Assembly (NCBI GenBank): GCA_027262695.1
Contig: GCA_027262695.1_4722.1
Direction: 5' to 3' (one strand)
Length of the DNA stretch: 64,000 nt
DNA from: a phage
Below the pieces are notes generated by a model, which was not told the DNA's origin, searched no databases, and saw only the letters and a list, made by a program, of their open reading frames with translations. Positions 1 through 9,679 of the stretch are shown piece after piece. The stretch's first letter is position 1. Each line of letters opens with the position of its first letter. Made by a program: the position numbers and the translations under genes.

Positions 1-490
1 CAACTGGCCAGTTGAAAAGGATTGTTTTATTAAGACAAACAATTGGGGTAATTTCGCCGATACTCCGTATCTTGACTGAGGGGCAATTGCACACATACGG
101 AACAAAAACATCAATATCGTTGGTCGCTTCTTCAAGCATGCTAGCATACGCCATTGCTTCGGGACGATCGGTGAGATGAATAACAGCATAGACGATATCG
201 TCTTTTAACCACGCACGTTTCACTCGTCCTATAACACGATTGATGTCTACAATAACTCTCTGAGCTTTCATCTCCCATTTTACTGCATCAGTACCACCCG
301 CAACCACGTTCGGTTTATCCGTGTTTACACGATGAAGGAAACTATTGATTATTTCCTCATCGATCTGGATATCCTTTCTCGCAAAATTCAACAACGGAAT
401 AACGAACTCATTGTTACCGCACTTCTCTGCTCCGCGAATGATAGGAGTACACTTCTTGTTCTCATCTGATCCCCAGATAACTTTAGTCAT
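1..490 (-). CDS. hypothetical protein, N-terminal part only (gene runs off the window start)
   Basis: Hand translation from ATG at 490 is open through position 2 (MTKVIWGSDENKK...); not in ORF track because truncated by window edge. Confidence 0.5.
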   Translation of the reverse strand, partial: MTKVIWGSDENKKCTPIIRGAEKCGNNEFVIPLLNFARKDIQIDEEIINSFLHRVNTDKPNVVAGGTDAVKWEMKAQRVIVDINRVIGRVKRAWLKDDIVYAVIHLTDRPEAMAYASMLEEATNDIDVFVPYVCNCPSVKIRSIGEITPIVCLNKTILFNWPV

Positions 491-523
491 TTTCTGTTTC
501 CTTCTTGGGTTTTGCACAAGTTT

Positions 524-1138
524 CTAACGGCGTTTTGTACCGACCTTCCCATTTCGATGGTCATCAAGAATACGCCATTCTTCGAACAGGAGTTCGGCTG
601 CGAAATAACCTACAGCGATGCTGTCTATCGCATGCTCATCAAGATTCGCTAACACAACACCGTTTCTGGGTGTGATGTTCATGAGGTTCAACACTTTCTG
701 GCGAACATCGTCCTTACCAACACGGGACGTCATAATCCCAACAGCGCGTTTTGCGCTTCGGTTATCAACCCCTAAGAAAGACACCGTAGGGTCAAAATCG
801 ATAACCGTTGTCTGAATCGCTGAAAACAGCTCGCTGAGCGCCATACCGCTTTGCTTGAAACGACCGATGAATGGCGTCTCACAAGCGACCGCTTGCGGCT
901 GGTACTCTTGCAATAACGTTGTCAGCGAACGACGGTGTTCTTGGATACGTGCGGCACGATTACCGTATCCAAGCGCAATATCGCCATCGGGATCATATCG
1001 ACGTGAAGCGTGCCATGTCCCTGCATACAGCAGTTCAATATCTTCGACACGCACGTCCAAACGTAGTAACGACGCACCGAGTGTATCGGTGCCAGGGTCG
1101 ATTGCCAGAATATCGTAAGCGTATTCTGGTGGGATCAT
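524..1138 (-). CDS. RuvC-like Holliday junction resolvase
   Basis: N-terminal YDILAIDPGTDTLG resembles RuvC ILGIDPG catalytic motif; C-terminal DEHAIDSIAVGYF acidic motif; start at 1138 overlaps upstream stop as ATGA. Confidence 0.6.
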   Translation of the reverse strand: MIPPEYAYDILAIDPGTDTLGASLLRLDVRVEDIELLYAGTWHASRRYDPDGDIALGYGNRAARIQEHRRSLTTLLQEYQPQAVACETPFIGRFKQSGMALSELFSAIQTTVIDFDPTVSFLGVDNRSAKRAVGIMTSRVGKDDVRQKVLNLMNITPRNGVVLANLDEHAIDSIAVGYFAAELLFEEWRILDDHRNGKVGTKRR

Positions 1139-1950
1139 GGTGTTACAACAGCCTCTACTGACCATGGGAAGGTTTTCGCAACAACACCTTCCAGGAAGCG
1201 TTCAACTTCCGATTGCTCATACACCGAAAGCTTTTCGAACGGCGTTTGGTCTTCGGTTAAACCTACCGCATGAATAGGACCCAGGTCTTTAACCAGAGTG
1301 ACTTCGCCTTTAACGCCTTCGCGTTTAACGATGATCGCATGATCATTAACCTTGGGATCATACAGCACGCGCATCATGGTTACCGCGTCATCCGGTTCAT
1401 GACCGAAATCGATGGCAACACGAGCATTCGTCCCTTCATCATCCAGAAGCTTGCTCAGCGCTTTACAACGGTCTTCAATCCAATCCAACGCAACCACGGT
1501 TTCTTGGCGTAGCTGAACCTCAACTTCTTTTCCTTGTTCGTCGATACGTTTCACAGTAACAAAATCGTGTAATAGGCGGTCAGGAAGGAGGGAAGCAATA
1601 AGCTCAATGTTGGGTTCAGGTTTTTCGTTTTCCAGAATGATGGTCGCTTGTGCGTCCAGATGTTCTTTAAAACGGATGTAGCGCGTTAATCGCAGAACCT
1701 CGTCTTGGGATTTTGCGTCTTCGGGAATAATCTCCGTCATGACGTTATAAATCTTTTCAGCGAACGTCGGAATTACGGTGATTGTAATTCGTGCTGGTGT
1801 ACCGCGCTCCTGATACTCATCGGCTAACTTCTTGGCCATCCCGTTAAAATAGGTCTGGAGAAACGGTTGTTGTGTTAAAAACATTTTCTCCAGATCGGAA
1901 TAGCGATGCTTGCGTGCATGGCCTAGCTTCTTCATAGGCTTTTTCATCAA
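1135..1950 (-). CDS. hypothetical protein, between SbcC-like ATPase and resolvase; no metallophosphatase motifs seen
   Basis: 271 aa ORF, translationally coupled to downstream resolvase. Confidence 0.5.
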   Translation of the reverse strand: MMKKPMKKLGHARKHRYSDLEKMFLTQQPFLQTYFNGMAKKLADEYQERGTPARITITVIPTFAEKIYNVMTEIIPEDAKSQDEVLRLTRYIRFKEHLDAQATIILENEKPEPNIELIASLLPDRLLHDFVTVKRIDEQGKEVEVQLRQETVVALDWIEDRCKALSKLLDDEGTNARVAIDFGHEPDDAVTMMRVLYDPKVNDHAIIVKREGVKGEVTLVKDLGPIHAVGLTEDQTPFEKLSVYEQSEVERFLEGVVAKTFPWSVEAVVTP

Positions 1951-1968
1951 CAGAAATCCTTATTTGTC

Positions 1969-4425
1969 TTAAATTATCGTGACATGTTCGTTATACGTTT
2001 CGGGGAGAATGATGTTCGTTTTATCAAGAACCATACACTCGGCTTTACGGAATGATGCATGGTTAATAACATAGTGGCTGATGAACCACACTTGGCTTAC
2101 GCGGTGACCATCAACCAAACGACGAACAAAATCCATGGCATTAGATTGGTGCTGCGGATCAAATGTTGATGCGAATTCATCTAACATCAACGGATAATCC
2201 GTGAACCCTTTGTAATGCATCATCGCGATGATGAACGCGATATTGATAATTTCCTTTTGTCCCTTACTCCCATAAACAATATCTTTTCGCGGTGTCGGAT
2301 ACTTCTCGGTTAAAAGTGGAAAACGATAGTTCAATCCTTGCGCATCGATAGCACATGGGAGTATCTGAAGTTGGTATTCCCAAATACTCGCAATGATACC
2401 GTTCATGTACTCAACGAACGCGTTGATTGGACCAGCGATTGTTTCGGCAATCAGTCCGTTAGATGGACTTAACTCATCCAGAACAAGTTGTGCGTAACTG
2501 AGCTGTTCTTCCACCTCTTTTTGTGTCGTTTCCAACTGAACCAGAAGCTGCTGGTCGGTTTTAGCTTCCTGTAGTTGCTGTTCGACATGACTTATTCGGC
2601 GAACTGTATCAGACATCGCAGCACGTAACGATTTCGTGTAGAGGTGTTGCAGATACTCTAACCACAGTTGCGTTAACGCTTTATCGCTGTTATCAGAACG
2701 TACCTGATCTTCCATAATCGACGTAATGGTTTCCAATCTACCTTCCGTAGCTGTGATGGCTTGTGTTAACCGCTCAACGGTTGTTAACAACTCTGTCCTG
2801 TTCTTATAAAGCAATTCTCGACGTTGCTGTAACGGTTCAACATCAACCGCTTGTACCCGTTCGAGCATACCTTGAAGATGCTTCCGTTCCTGTTCGGCTT
2901 GTGTGTAACGCGCAAGTTTCTCAAACGCAAGCAACCAATCGTTAATGATTCCAATGCTGCGGAATCCTAAACCGTTTTTACGTCCTTCTTCCAACAGATT
3001 ATCCCACATGGGTTTAATGGCGTAATAATCCTTCGTCCAACGCGTTAACTGACGATGTTGTTCCATCCAAAGCGTATAGCGCTGCACCTTCTCATTAAGT
3101 TCGGCTAACGATTTCTCCTGTTCTTCAACCCAAGCACGACCCTTCTGAATACGTTGTTCAATACCCGCTTTGCTGGTCTTTTCTGTCTCACCAACATGAA
3201 AGCGATAATTGCATTTTGGACAGCTGGTCTGGGGTTGATGGTTAAGGTGGTCGAGGTGCGCTTCTAAATCGGCTAACGCATGTTTCGCGTTACGCAAACG
3301 CATTCTTGCTGCCTCTTCCTCCTTGATGTAAGCTTCAGCGTCGTAAACATGATAGGTGTTGTCGGTATCAATCCATTCTTGGAGTAATTCCGTTAACGGA
3401 GCCTGAACTTGTGTGAGCTGTTGTAAACAAACCGCGGCGTCCAGATTCATTGTTAAAAGCTCACCTGGATGATCTTGCTGAAGTTGTTCATCCAAACAGG
3501 CAAGGCGGGCTTTAATCTGATCGATATCGCCTTCTCCAGACTGTTTCAACTGGTCAAGGATATTATCGATACCCAACAGCTCGTCAACCTGACTTTCGAG
3601 TTTCGCATTCGCATTCGCGAGTTGCTCTCTTAGTTCAGCCAGATTCTGCTGTTCTTGTTGCGATGTTCCTCCTTGGTAACGAACAACCGCGCGAAGAAGT
3701 TCGCGATTAAAATGATGGGCACGTTGTGCGGATTCCAGAAGCTGTCGTTGATCAACGTCGCTATCGAATAACGGCAATCCCATCATCGCTTCGAGCGCTG
3801 AGCGTTGCTGCTTTAACTCTGCTTCCAATCCCTGGTGGTCGGTTCCGGTGTATTTCGCTTCAATACGCTGTGATGTTTCAACCAACTTATTCAGTGTATG
3901 CTCATTCACCGCTTTCAGTGAACGTACTTGTTGCTTAACAACCTGAAACAACTCGAGCGCATAATCGACGTTAACCGGACATATCTGTGTTAATCGTTCG
4001 CGGCGTTTCATCGGTCCCATTTCGGTGAACTGATAAGCCGTTTCGTAACCTAGCAACAAACGAATGGTGTCATCATTAAGTTCGAAATGTTCTTCAATCA
4101 GTTTCCATTGGGCCGGTTGTGTACCACCACCGTTCAGGTTCTCGCTGTCGTTAACGTAGAACTCATGCTTAAACCCTTTTTCTAAACGACTGATAAGACG
4201 GTATTGCTTATTACGGTGTTCGCAGCGGTACTCGTAATACCCGTCTTTATCAAAATCAGCACGCTCAGGAACGGTCGGATACAGCAAAGGCAATAGACTA
4301 CTCTTACCGGAACCATTACTGCCTAAAATGAGTTGTACGGGATTATCTGGCCGGATGACCAGCTCCCGAATCATCCCGGTATCAAAACGATTGAATCCAC
4401 GTAAGTGGAGATAGGTGCATCGCAT
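1969..4425 (-). CDS. SbcC/Rad50-like ABC-type ATPase with long coiled coil (recombination/repair)
   Basis: Walker A GSNGSGKSS near N-terminus, long Q/E/L-rich middle, C-terminal signature-like GSKGQKEI, Walker B YPLMLDEF, H-loop FISHY; start placed at ATG 4425 (AAGGA upstream), ORF extends to 4488. Confidence 0.65.
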   Translation of the reverse strand: MRCTYLHLRGFNRFDTGMIRELVIRPDNPVQLILGSNGSGKSSLLPLLYPTVPERADFDKDGYYEYRCEHRNKQYRLISRLEKGFKHEFYVNDSENLNGGGTQPAQWKLIEEHFELNDDTIRLLLGYETAYQFTEMGPMKRRERLTQICPVNVDYALELFQVVKQQVRSLKAVNEHTLNKLVETSQRIEAKYTGTDHQGLEAELKQQRSALEAMMGLPLFDSDVDQRQLLESAQRAHHFNRELLRAVVRYQGGTSQQEQQNLAELREQLANANAKLESQVDELLGIDNILDQLKQSGEGDIDQIKARLACLDEQLQQDHPGELLTMNLDAAVCLQQLTQVQAPLTELLQEWIDTDNTYHVYDAEAYIKEEEAARMRLRNAKHALADLEAHLDHLNHQPQTSCPKCNYRFHVGETEKTSKAGIEQRIQKGRAWVEEQEKSLAELNEKVQRYTLWMEQHRQLTRWTKDYYAIKPMWDNLLEEGRKNGLGFRSIGIINDWLLAFEKLARYTQAEQERKHLQGMLERVQAVDVEPLQQRRELLYKNRTELLTTVERLTQAITATEGRLETITSIMEDQVRSDNSDKALTQLWLEYLQHLYTKSLRAAMSDTVRRISHVEQQLQEAKTDQQLLVQLETTQKEVEEQLSYAQLVLDELSPSNGLIAETIAGPINAFVEYMNGIIASIWEYQLQILPCAIDAQGLNYRFPLLTEKYPTPRKDIVYGSKGQKEIINIAFIIAMMHYKGFTDYPLMLDEFASTFDPQHQSNAMDFVRRLVDGHRVSQVWFISHYVINHASFRKAECMVLDKTNIILPETYNEHVTII

Positions 4426-4539
4426 GCTATGATAATCCTTCTTCGATACCTTCTGAACCACGGGTTCAGAATGCGAAGCTGAAGCCATACTTCAGCGTTA
4501 TTTTCTATATCGTTATTTAAATCAGTAGGAGATTACAGC

Positions 4540-5628
4540 ATGAGCGACCTGGCAACAGACAATCGCACAAAAGGGAGTCAGCTAGCTCCAGACAACAACG
4601 TAAGCGTTTTCCGTATCTATGCCTTGGGTACTGTTGCTGCCGACTTTTCCAATAAAAGTCTGGAGGAAGATCCTAACCAAACGCTGGAGGTCTTTCTTGA
4701 TGAGATGATGTCAGGCGCTGATGGGAAAGTTGAAGCGGCGGGAAGCGTTAAAGAAGTCAGTGCAACAGACGCTCAAGGGAACAGTTATACGGCGAAAGCG
4801 GCAACAACAACCAGCGTACAGTGTTACTGGTTACCTTTCGGTAGTAACCGGATGACAGCACCTAACTTGAGGAAAGGTCAGCGTGTGGTGGTCTGGCGTA
4901 CTGCTGATGAAGAACAACTCTATTGGCAGCCCAAAGGAGGGGATAGTGAGCTGATGACCATGGAATCGGTTATCCTCACCGTCAGCGCACGTCCTAGCGC
5001 TAAGAAGGACCGTAAATCGATTTCAACGGAAGACTGCTATTACCTAATGGTTGATACCTTTCTTAAGAAAGCGGTTATCGGTACAAGCGCACAGCTTGGT
5101 GAAGTTACCCAAGTCTACATGGAACTTAATCTGGACGAGGGTTACCTACAGGTTGCGGACAGCGTCCATCAAAATCTGCTGTTACTCCATTTCGTTGAAC
5201 ATATGCTGCGTTATCAAAACCAGGACGACAGCATCATCGACGTGACAAAAAAGAACATCACATTCCAGTGCGAGGATACGCTCAAAGCCATCGCTAAGAA
5301 CGATATCCGAATGAAAGCAAAAAACATTTATACCGAATGTGAGAACTTCGAGCGTACCAGCAAAACAGAAAGCGTTACGAGTCAGAATGTTTCTTTGAAG
5401 TGTGACCGCTACACCGCGCAAGTATCAGGACAAACCACGTTCAAATGTCCTAATACGGTATTCACCGGAGCTGTAAGCTTCACAGGTGAGGACGGAAACA
5501 CGATGACGTTGAATGGGAACTTCGTACATGTTGCGGGCTCTTGGCGTTCACCAACCGGAACAAACGTATACACCCACGATCATGGTGGTGTAGATCGTGG
5601 TAGCGGTCGTACAGACCCGTTCCAATAA
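4540..5628 (+). CDS. hypothetical protein, possible virion protein
   Basis: 362 aa ORF with GGAG-type RBS (gtaGGAGattacagcATG), divergent from SbcC-like gene. Confidence 0.55.
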   Translation: MSDLATDNRTKGSQLAPDNNVSVFRIYALGTVAADFSNKSLEEDPNQTLEVFLDEMMSGADGKVEAAGSVKEVSATDAQGNSYTAKAATTTSVQCYWLPFGSNRMTAPNLRKGQRVVVWRTADEEQLYWQPKGGDSELMTMESVILTVSARPSAKKDRKSISTEDCYYLMVDTFLKKAVIGTSAQLGEVTQVYMELNLDEGYLQVADSVHQNLLLLHFVEHMLRYQNQDDSIIDVTKKNITFQCEDTLKAIAKNDIRMKAKNIYTECENFERTSKTESVTSQNVSLKCDRYTAQVSGQTTFKCPNTVFTGAVSFTGEDGNTMTLNGNFVHVAGSWRSPTGTNVYTHDHGGVDRGSGRTDPFQ

Positions 5629-5650
5629 ACAAAAAAGAAATGCAACACAA

Positions 5651-5684
5651 CCTCCTTCCCCGGCCTGATGGCTAGGGAAGGAGG
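5651..5684. terminator. GC-rich hairpin, CCTCCTTCCC / GGGAAGGAGG stem, at convergent gene ends
   Basis: 10-bp inverted repeat read directly; member of recurrent hairpin family. Confidence 0.5.
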
Positions 5685-5699
5685 ATTATGGTTTATTTA

Positions 5700-6089
5700 T
5701 TAACGGATTGCGTTTTGGATGATTTCTTTTCCGATCGTAATCAAAGCAGGTATCTGTACTGCGGTTGCGCCTTGATGACGAAACGCGGTCGTTAATGCGG
5801 TATCGATGCTCACAGCACGTCCGTGAAGACGATCGAAATAGACTTGAGTGATAGCAGCGGCATACTCTTTTCGCTGTTTCTTGGTTTGGTTTACCATCGT
5901 CGCACTACTACCGACGATGAAATAAGCGATTAAGAAGAATGCGGCTGACCGTGAGCCGGGTAGAAAGCCTTGGCGTTTAGGAAGCATTTCACAATCACGA
6001 ACAGTAATACTGTTCGTGAGCTTTTCCATGTCGACATGGCATAATTTTGCATAGGTGTGAAGATGATGGGTAAAAGTTGAATTTAACAT
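5700..6089 (-). CDS. hypothetical small protein with one hydrophobic segment
   Basis: 129 aa ORF; AAFFLIAYFIVGSSATMV looks like a transmembrane helix. Confidence 0.4.
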   Translation of the reverse strand: MLNSTFTHHLHTYAKLCHVDMEKLTNSITVRDCEMLPKRQGFLPGSRSAAFFLIAYFIVGSSATMVNQTKKQRKEYAAAITQVYFDRLHGRAVSIDTALTTAFRHQGATAVQIPALITIGKEIIQNAIR

Positions 6090-6193
6090 TTCTTTCCTCG
6101 GTTACAATGAGTTCAATGTATGGCGTAAACGTCACAGAACGACGTATAACAGTTTGTTTTGATTTCTAAGGTGTTTCCCTATCTAAGAGTGAA

Positions 6194-6556
6194 TTAAAGC
6201 GTTCTGAAGAGTTCTGTGGCGTTCTCAGCACGTAAACATGCTTCGTTCAACAACTCCGCTAACAACTTCGATCTAACTTCAACGAATGTCCTGGTACGAT
6301 GCTCCCAGTCTAAACGGATGGTGTAAGTATCATCCATGTTTCTGTGGTCAACAACAGATGTTGAACAACGTGTTTCTTGTTTATTCACAGCACTCCAGAC
6401 ATCACGGATAATCGTCATGCCTTTCTTGGTGCACGTAAACGTCAAGATACAACGATTATTCGCTGCTTCTTCACAAACGTGAATAAATTCGCTTCGTAGC
6501 GATGAGGTCTTGGTCAATCGATCGATAGCAAGCGATAACCCAATACGTTGTTGCAT
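6194..6556 (-). CDS. hypothetical protein
   Basis: 120 aa ORF in same-strand gene array. Confidence 0.45.
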   Translation of the reverse strand: MQQRIGLSLAIDRLTKTSSLRSEFIHVCEEAANNRCILTFTCTKKGMTIIRDVWSAVNKQETRCSTSVVDHRNMDDTYTIRLDWEHRTRTFVEVRSKLLAELLNEACLRAENATELFRTL

Positions 6557-6557
6557 A

Positions 6558-6971
6558 TCAAATTCCTTCTTTCAAAATCTCATTAAGGCCGTCTGCAACC
6601 GCGTCCAAATGGGCATCCATATCCGTTACGGTGTCAGCGGTAACTGTCCAGACGTGCTGTATTAATGTCTCACCATTCGTACATTTTACCATTTCCATCG
6701 CCAACTTTGTTTGTCCTGACGATGGTGAGATCTCATTGCTCCGCCAAAACGCAGCCTCGAGTAATGTTTTACCTAACGCTGTACACACAAAAGTAAATTC
6801 TACTTGACCAATACCTACCACCGAAGCGGATAACGGTTGGATATGTTCGCGCAGCTTATCATCTTCACGTAGGAGCAGCAGTGTACGATGTAAGTGTGTA
6901 CGGTGGGTAACAATAGCGTCGTAATGACCGATGCGTACATCGGCTACTGATTCAGGCCAGTTAATTTTCAT
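6558..6971 (-). CDS. hypothetical protein, paralog of 6987-7430
   Basis: Shared motif ALGKTLLEAAFWRSNE vs QTGKDVLENIFWSAEH. Confidence 0.5.
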   Translation of the reverse strand: MKINWPESVADVRIGHYDAIVTHRTHLHRTLLLLREDDKLREHIQPLSASVVGIGQVEFTFVCTALGKTLLEAAFWRSNEISPSSGQTKLAMEMVKCTNGETLIQHVWTVTADTVTDMDAHLDAVADGLNEILKEGI

Positions 6972-6986
6972 GTTCGATTCCTCGTA

Positions 6987-7430
6987 TTAACACTGTGTTC
7001 CATTCGATAAGCGGGTGGTATCAAAACGATCCAGTTGGTGTACAATGCTATTAGCAACACGATGCAAATAGTGTATTTTGTCCATTCGTGAAATCGCAGA
7101 AATCGTCCAGCAAGCCTCTGACGTCCAATAGGTGCCGTCTTCACTAAGGCTAACGTTATAAACTAACTTCGTCATCACATTTCTCGCCTTATGCTCAGCA
7201 GACCAGAATATGTTTTCTAACACATCCTTCCCCGTTTGTGAAAACACGAACCCAAGCTTCACGTCGAGGTCGGATGCTTCAAGATTAACGAAGTGAAGAT
7301 GATTCTCCAAAGGCGCAAAAGAGGCTAAACGTTCCAGCGCGTTTTGCAGCGTGGGATGATCGAGCTTTTCGAGATCATCCACAGGTTGTTCAGGTACAAT
7401 CGCGATCGATTTACAGAATTTAATTTCCAT
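6987..7430 (-). CDS. hypothetical protein, paralog of 6558-6971
   Basis: 147 aa ORF; tandem duplicate. Confidence 0.5.
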   Translation of the reverse strand: MEIKFCKSIAIVPEQPVDDLEKLDHPTLQNALERLASFAPLENHLHFVNLEASDLDVKLGFVFSQTGKDVLENIFWSAEHKARNVMTKLVYNVSLSEDGTYWTSEACWTISAISRMDKIHYLHRVANSIVHQLDRFDTTRLSNGTQC

Positions 7431-7460
7431 GGTAGGTTCCTCTTGATAGATGGTAGTAAC

Positions 7461-7480
7461 GGGGATACCGCGGTATCCCC
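7461..7480. promoter_or_regulatory. perfect 20-bp palindrome GGGGATACCGCGGTATCCCC (terminator or operator)
   Basis: Read directly; intergenic between 7488-7958 and 6987-7430; GGATACC/GGTATCC core recurs at 23135-23152. Confidence 0.4.
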
Positions 7481-7487
7481 TAAGTCT

Positions 7488-7958
7488 TTATAACACGCCC
7501 CAAGCCATATTGGGTACAGGCTCGTTACGTTCGATGTAATACATCAAGCGTTCTTTAAGTTTGGTTAACGCCTCAGCAACGATGTTCTCCATGGCAATCA
7601 CCTTTCCAATGTAATCCATGGTATCCTGCCACGTAAACCATTCGACGGTATTGACGATGTAAAGGGTTTCATCGTCGTCGGTCATGACCTTGGCATTTTC
7701 ACGATGATCGCGGGTCGCGTATAACGGTGTTTTTAGATTCGCTCTGATACGTACCCAGAGCTTCTCCAGGAAATCGCTCGGTTGACTATCTGTCGTGATG
7801 ATAAGTTCACTCCGTACTGAACGCTCTCCACGCTTTTCAATAACAAGTAAACCATCGTAAGTGATGTTCATCAAGTTACGAAGGTCATCATTGCTATTCC
7901 AGTCTTTTACAACAGCAGGAAGTTGGCTATTGTACTCTTCAGGTAATCTCTTAAGCAT
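7488..7958 (-). CDS. hypothetical protein
   Basis: 156 aa ORF, 8-nt overlap with upstream gene. Confidence 0.5.
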   Translation of the reverse strand: MLKRLPEEYNSQLPAVVKDWNSNDDLRNLMNITYDGLLVIEKRGERSVRSELIITTDSQPSDFLEKLWVRIRANLKTPLYATRDHRENAKVMTDDDETLYIVNTVEWFTWQDTMDYIGKVIAMENIVAEALTKLKERLMYYIERNEPVPNMAWGVL

Positions 7959-8403
7959 CGGTTTCTGCTCCTATATCACGTTTGAGTTCGGCGACCAGTT
8001 TGTCGTAATGGTCTTTTATCACATTCGCCATAACGAATTGCGCTTTTCTCACTAGCTGCTCATTGGCATCACTGAATGTAAAATACTCTCGCACTTCAAC
8101 CGGATGTGATACGCCACCGATATCGTAGGCTTTATTCGATGTGCGTTGAGCGATCACTGGGAGCGGTTTCGCGGCGTTCAGCGCAGTACAGATTTCCGTA
8201 ACGAGTTCTTGAATTTGGCTTTTCCCTTCGATGATAACGCTGCAACGATAAACATCCACCTCGTTAAGTTGTTCAACAACATCCGCCTTGATTTTGAATT
8301 GACCTACAAGCGCGCTTACTAAAGTGCGGTGCCAATTGTTCACCACTCCAACCAGCAATGGATGATTCTCAAGATCTCTTCTGTTCATTTCTGAGCTCCT
8401 CAA
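7951..8403 (-). CDS. hypothetical protein
   Basis: 150 aa ORF; GAGGAG RBS upstream. Confidence 0.5.
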   Translation of the reverse strand: MRSSEMNRRDLENHPLLVGVVNNWHRTLVSALVGQFKIKADVVEQLNEVDVYRCSVIIEGKSQIQELVTEICTALNAAKPLPVIAQRTSNKAYDIGGVSHPVEVREYFTFSDANEQLVRKAQFVMANVIKDHYDKLVAELKRDIGAETDA

Positions 8404-8425
8404 TCGCTCTATAACAAACTTTTAG

Positions 8426-8450
8426 AGGAAGGGAAACATATTCCCTTCCT
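8426..8450. terminator. hairpin AGGAAGGGAA-acata-TTCCCTTCCT
   Basis: 10-bp perfect inverted repeat between same-strand genes. Confidence 0.45.
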
Positions 8451-8467
8451 TGAGTTAGTTTATTGCG

Positions 8468-8743
8468 TTATACGTCTTTTCTGTGCGCGTAGAACGCCTT
8501 CGTTCCGTTGTTGATCGCCTCAACCACATCCGGGGTTAACACAACGGCGATATCGCTTCGAGATGACGGTGCGTAATACCCTTCACCGTTCTCGGTAATC
8601 AGGCGATAACGGACTAAGCCTATGTTCGGTTCAACGCGTACCACTCTTTCGAGTTTGTACTTGATGATCTTCGTCAGGCCGATAGTCTCTGATGCGTAGA
8701 TGGCTTTATAAACTTTGTTCTTTGCTGTCGTTTTCATCAACAT
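8468..8743 (-). CDS. hypothetical small protein downstream of paralog A
   Basis: Start chosen at ATG 8743 (AAGGA 10 nt upstream); ORF track extends to 8812, overlapping the upstream gene. Confidence 0.4.
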   Translation of the reverse strand: MLMKTTAKNKVYKAIYASETIGLTKIIKYKLERVVRVEPNIGLVRYRLITENGEGYYAPSSRSDIAVVLTPDVVEAINNGTKAFYAHRKDV

Positions 8744-9599
8744 GGTTTCTGTTTTCCTTGGTTTGTTGTGGTCCCAGGTCGGAGATATCCCAACGGATAT
8801 AACCAACATCACGGATTCGCTCGGCTGTTTCTTCGGATTGTGGATTACGACTGATAACCGGTAGCCATTCCCCTTCTCGGGTTATCTTAACTTCGGTGAT
8901 CTGTAAGCTCATGTTCCAACGAACGTCATAAACCAGCGCGTAACCAAGAGGATGAACAAGCCCATCTTGGTTATACATCTTCAAAAGACCTCTTACATCT
9001 TCGCTACGAAGTGATTTCATGGCTGGACGTACGCGTTGAAGTCTCTTTGTGATATCGTATCCCAACTTAATATCCTTCCAACCCGTCATGACGTAAGGAA
9101 CAACGTTGCGGCGACGGAGTTGATGGTTGTGAGTGGTTTCTTCGGCGGTAAGATGTACCCAACCGAGATCGCTGTACGCCACGAACCGCGCTCCTTCTCC
9201 ATCGAGCACTGTGTGCTCATCTAACGCTGCTGCAACACCATGGCCTGCGTAATACGACGGAAGAACGTTCAGCATTTTAATACGGCTTTCTTGACCGGTA
9301 TGGTCAGGGTCGATATGCGCGTAGTAATAATTACGGCTTACCGGACGACCTTCCGCCATACATCCACGGAAGACAGGGTCCTGCATTCCAAGCGGATGGT
9401 AATACGCGAGCTGTTGCTCGTCACCTTCCCCGATGACCAACAAACGATCTTCACGACTTGGTGTGCTAGGATCTTTCACCGTGATGTAGGTAACAATCAC
9501 TTTCAGATTGTCTAAAATGTCCTGTGGAAGTTTCTCTAAATCCCGTGCGTCGTAAATACGATTAACAACAACGTTTGCAATGTGTTTTGGTAAGCTCAT
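8706..9599 (-). CDS. hypothetical protein, tandem paralog A (YYHPxGMQ / DLGWxHL / GYxRWDISDL family)
   Basis: 297 aa; shares YYHPLGMQ, SDLGWVHL, RRNVVPYVM, HPLGY, GYIRWDISDL with the two neighbouring ORFs. Confidence 0.6.
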   Translation of the reverse strand: MSLPKHIANVVVNRIYDARDLEKLPQDILDNLKVIVTYITVKDPSTPSREDRLLVIGEGDEQQLAYYHPLGMQDPVFRGCMAEGRPVSRNYYYAHIDPDHTGQESRIKMLNVLPSYYAGHGVAAALDEHTVLDGEGARFVAYSDLGWVHLTAEETTHNHQLRRRNVVPYVMTGWKDIKLGYDITKRLQRVRPAMKSLRSEDVRGLLKMYNQDGLVHPLGYALVYDVRWNMSLQITEVKITREGEWLPVISRNPQSEETAERIRDVGYIRWDISDLGPQQTKENRNHVDENDSKEQSL

Positions 9600-9679
9600 T
9601 TTAGATCTCTCTTTGTTATCGGTAAAATAAATAACGGCATAAATGGGACATAACTGTCCCCGTGTTAAATATCAACTGT

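Noticed and set aside
345-527. 60-aa plus-strand ORF at window start
   Set aside because: Overlaps a continuous minus-strand ORF (1-490) with a clean ATG start.
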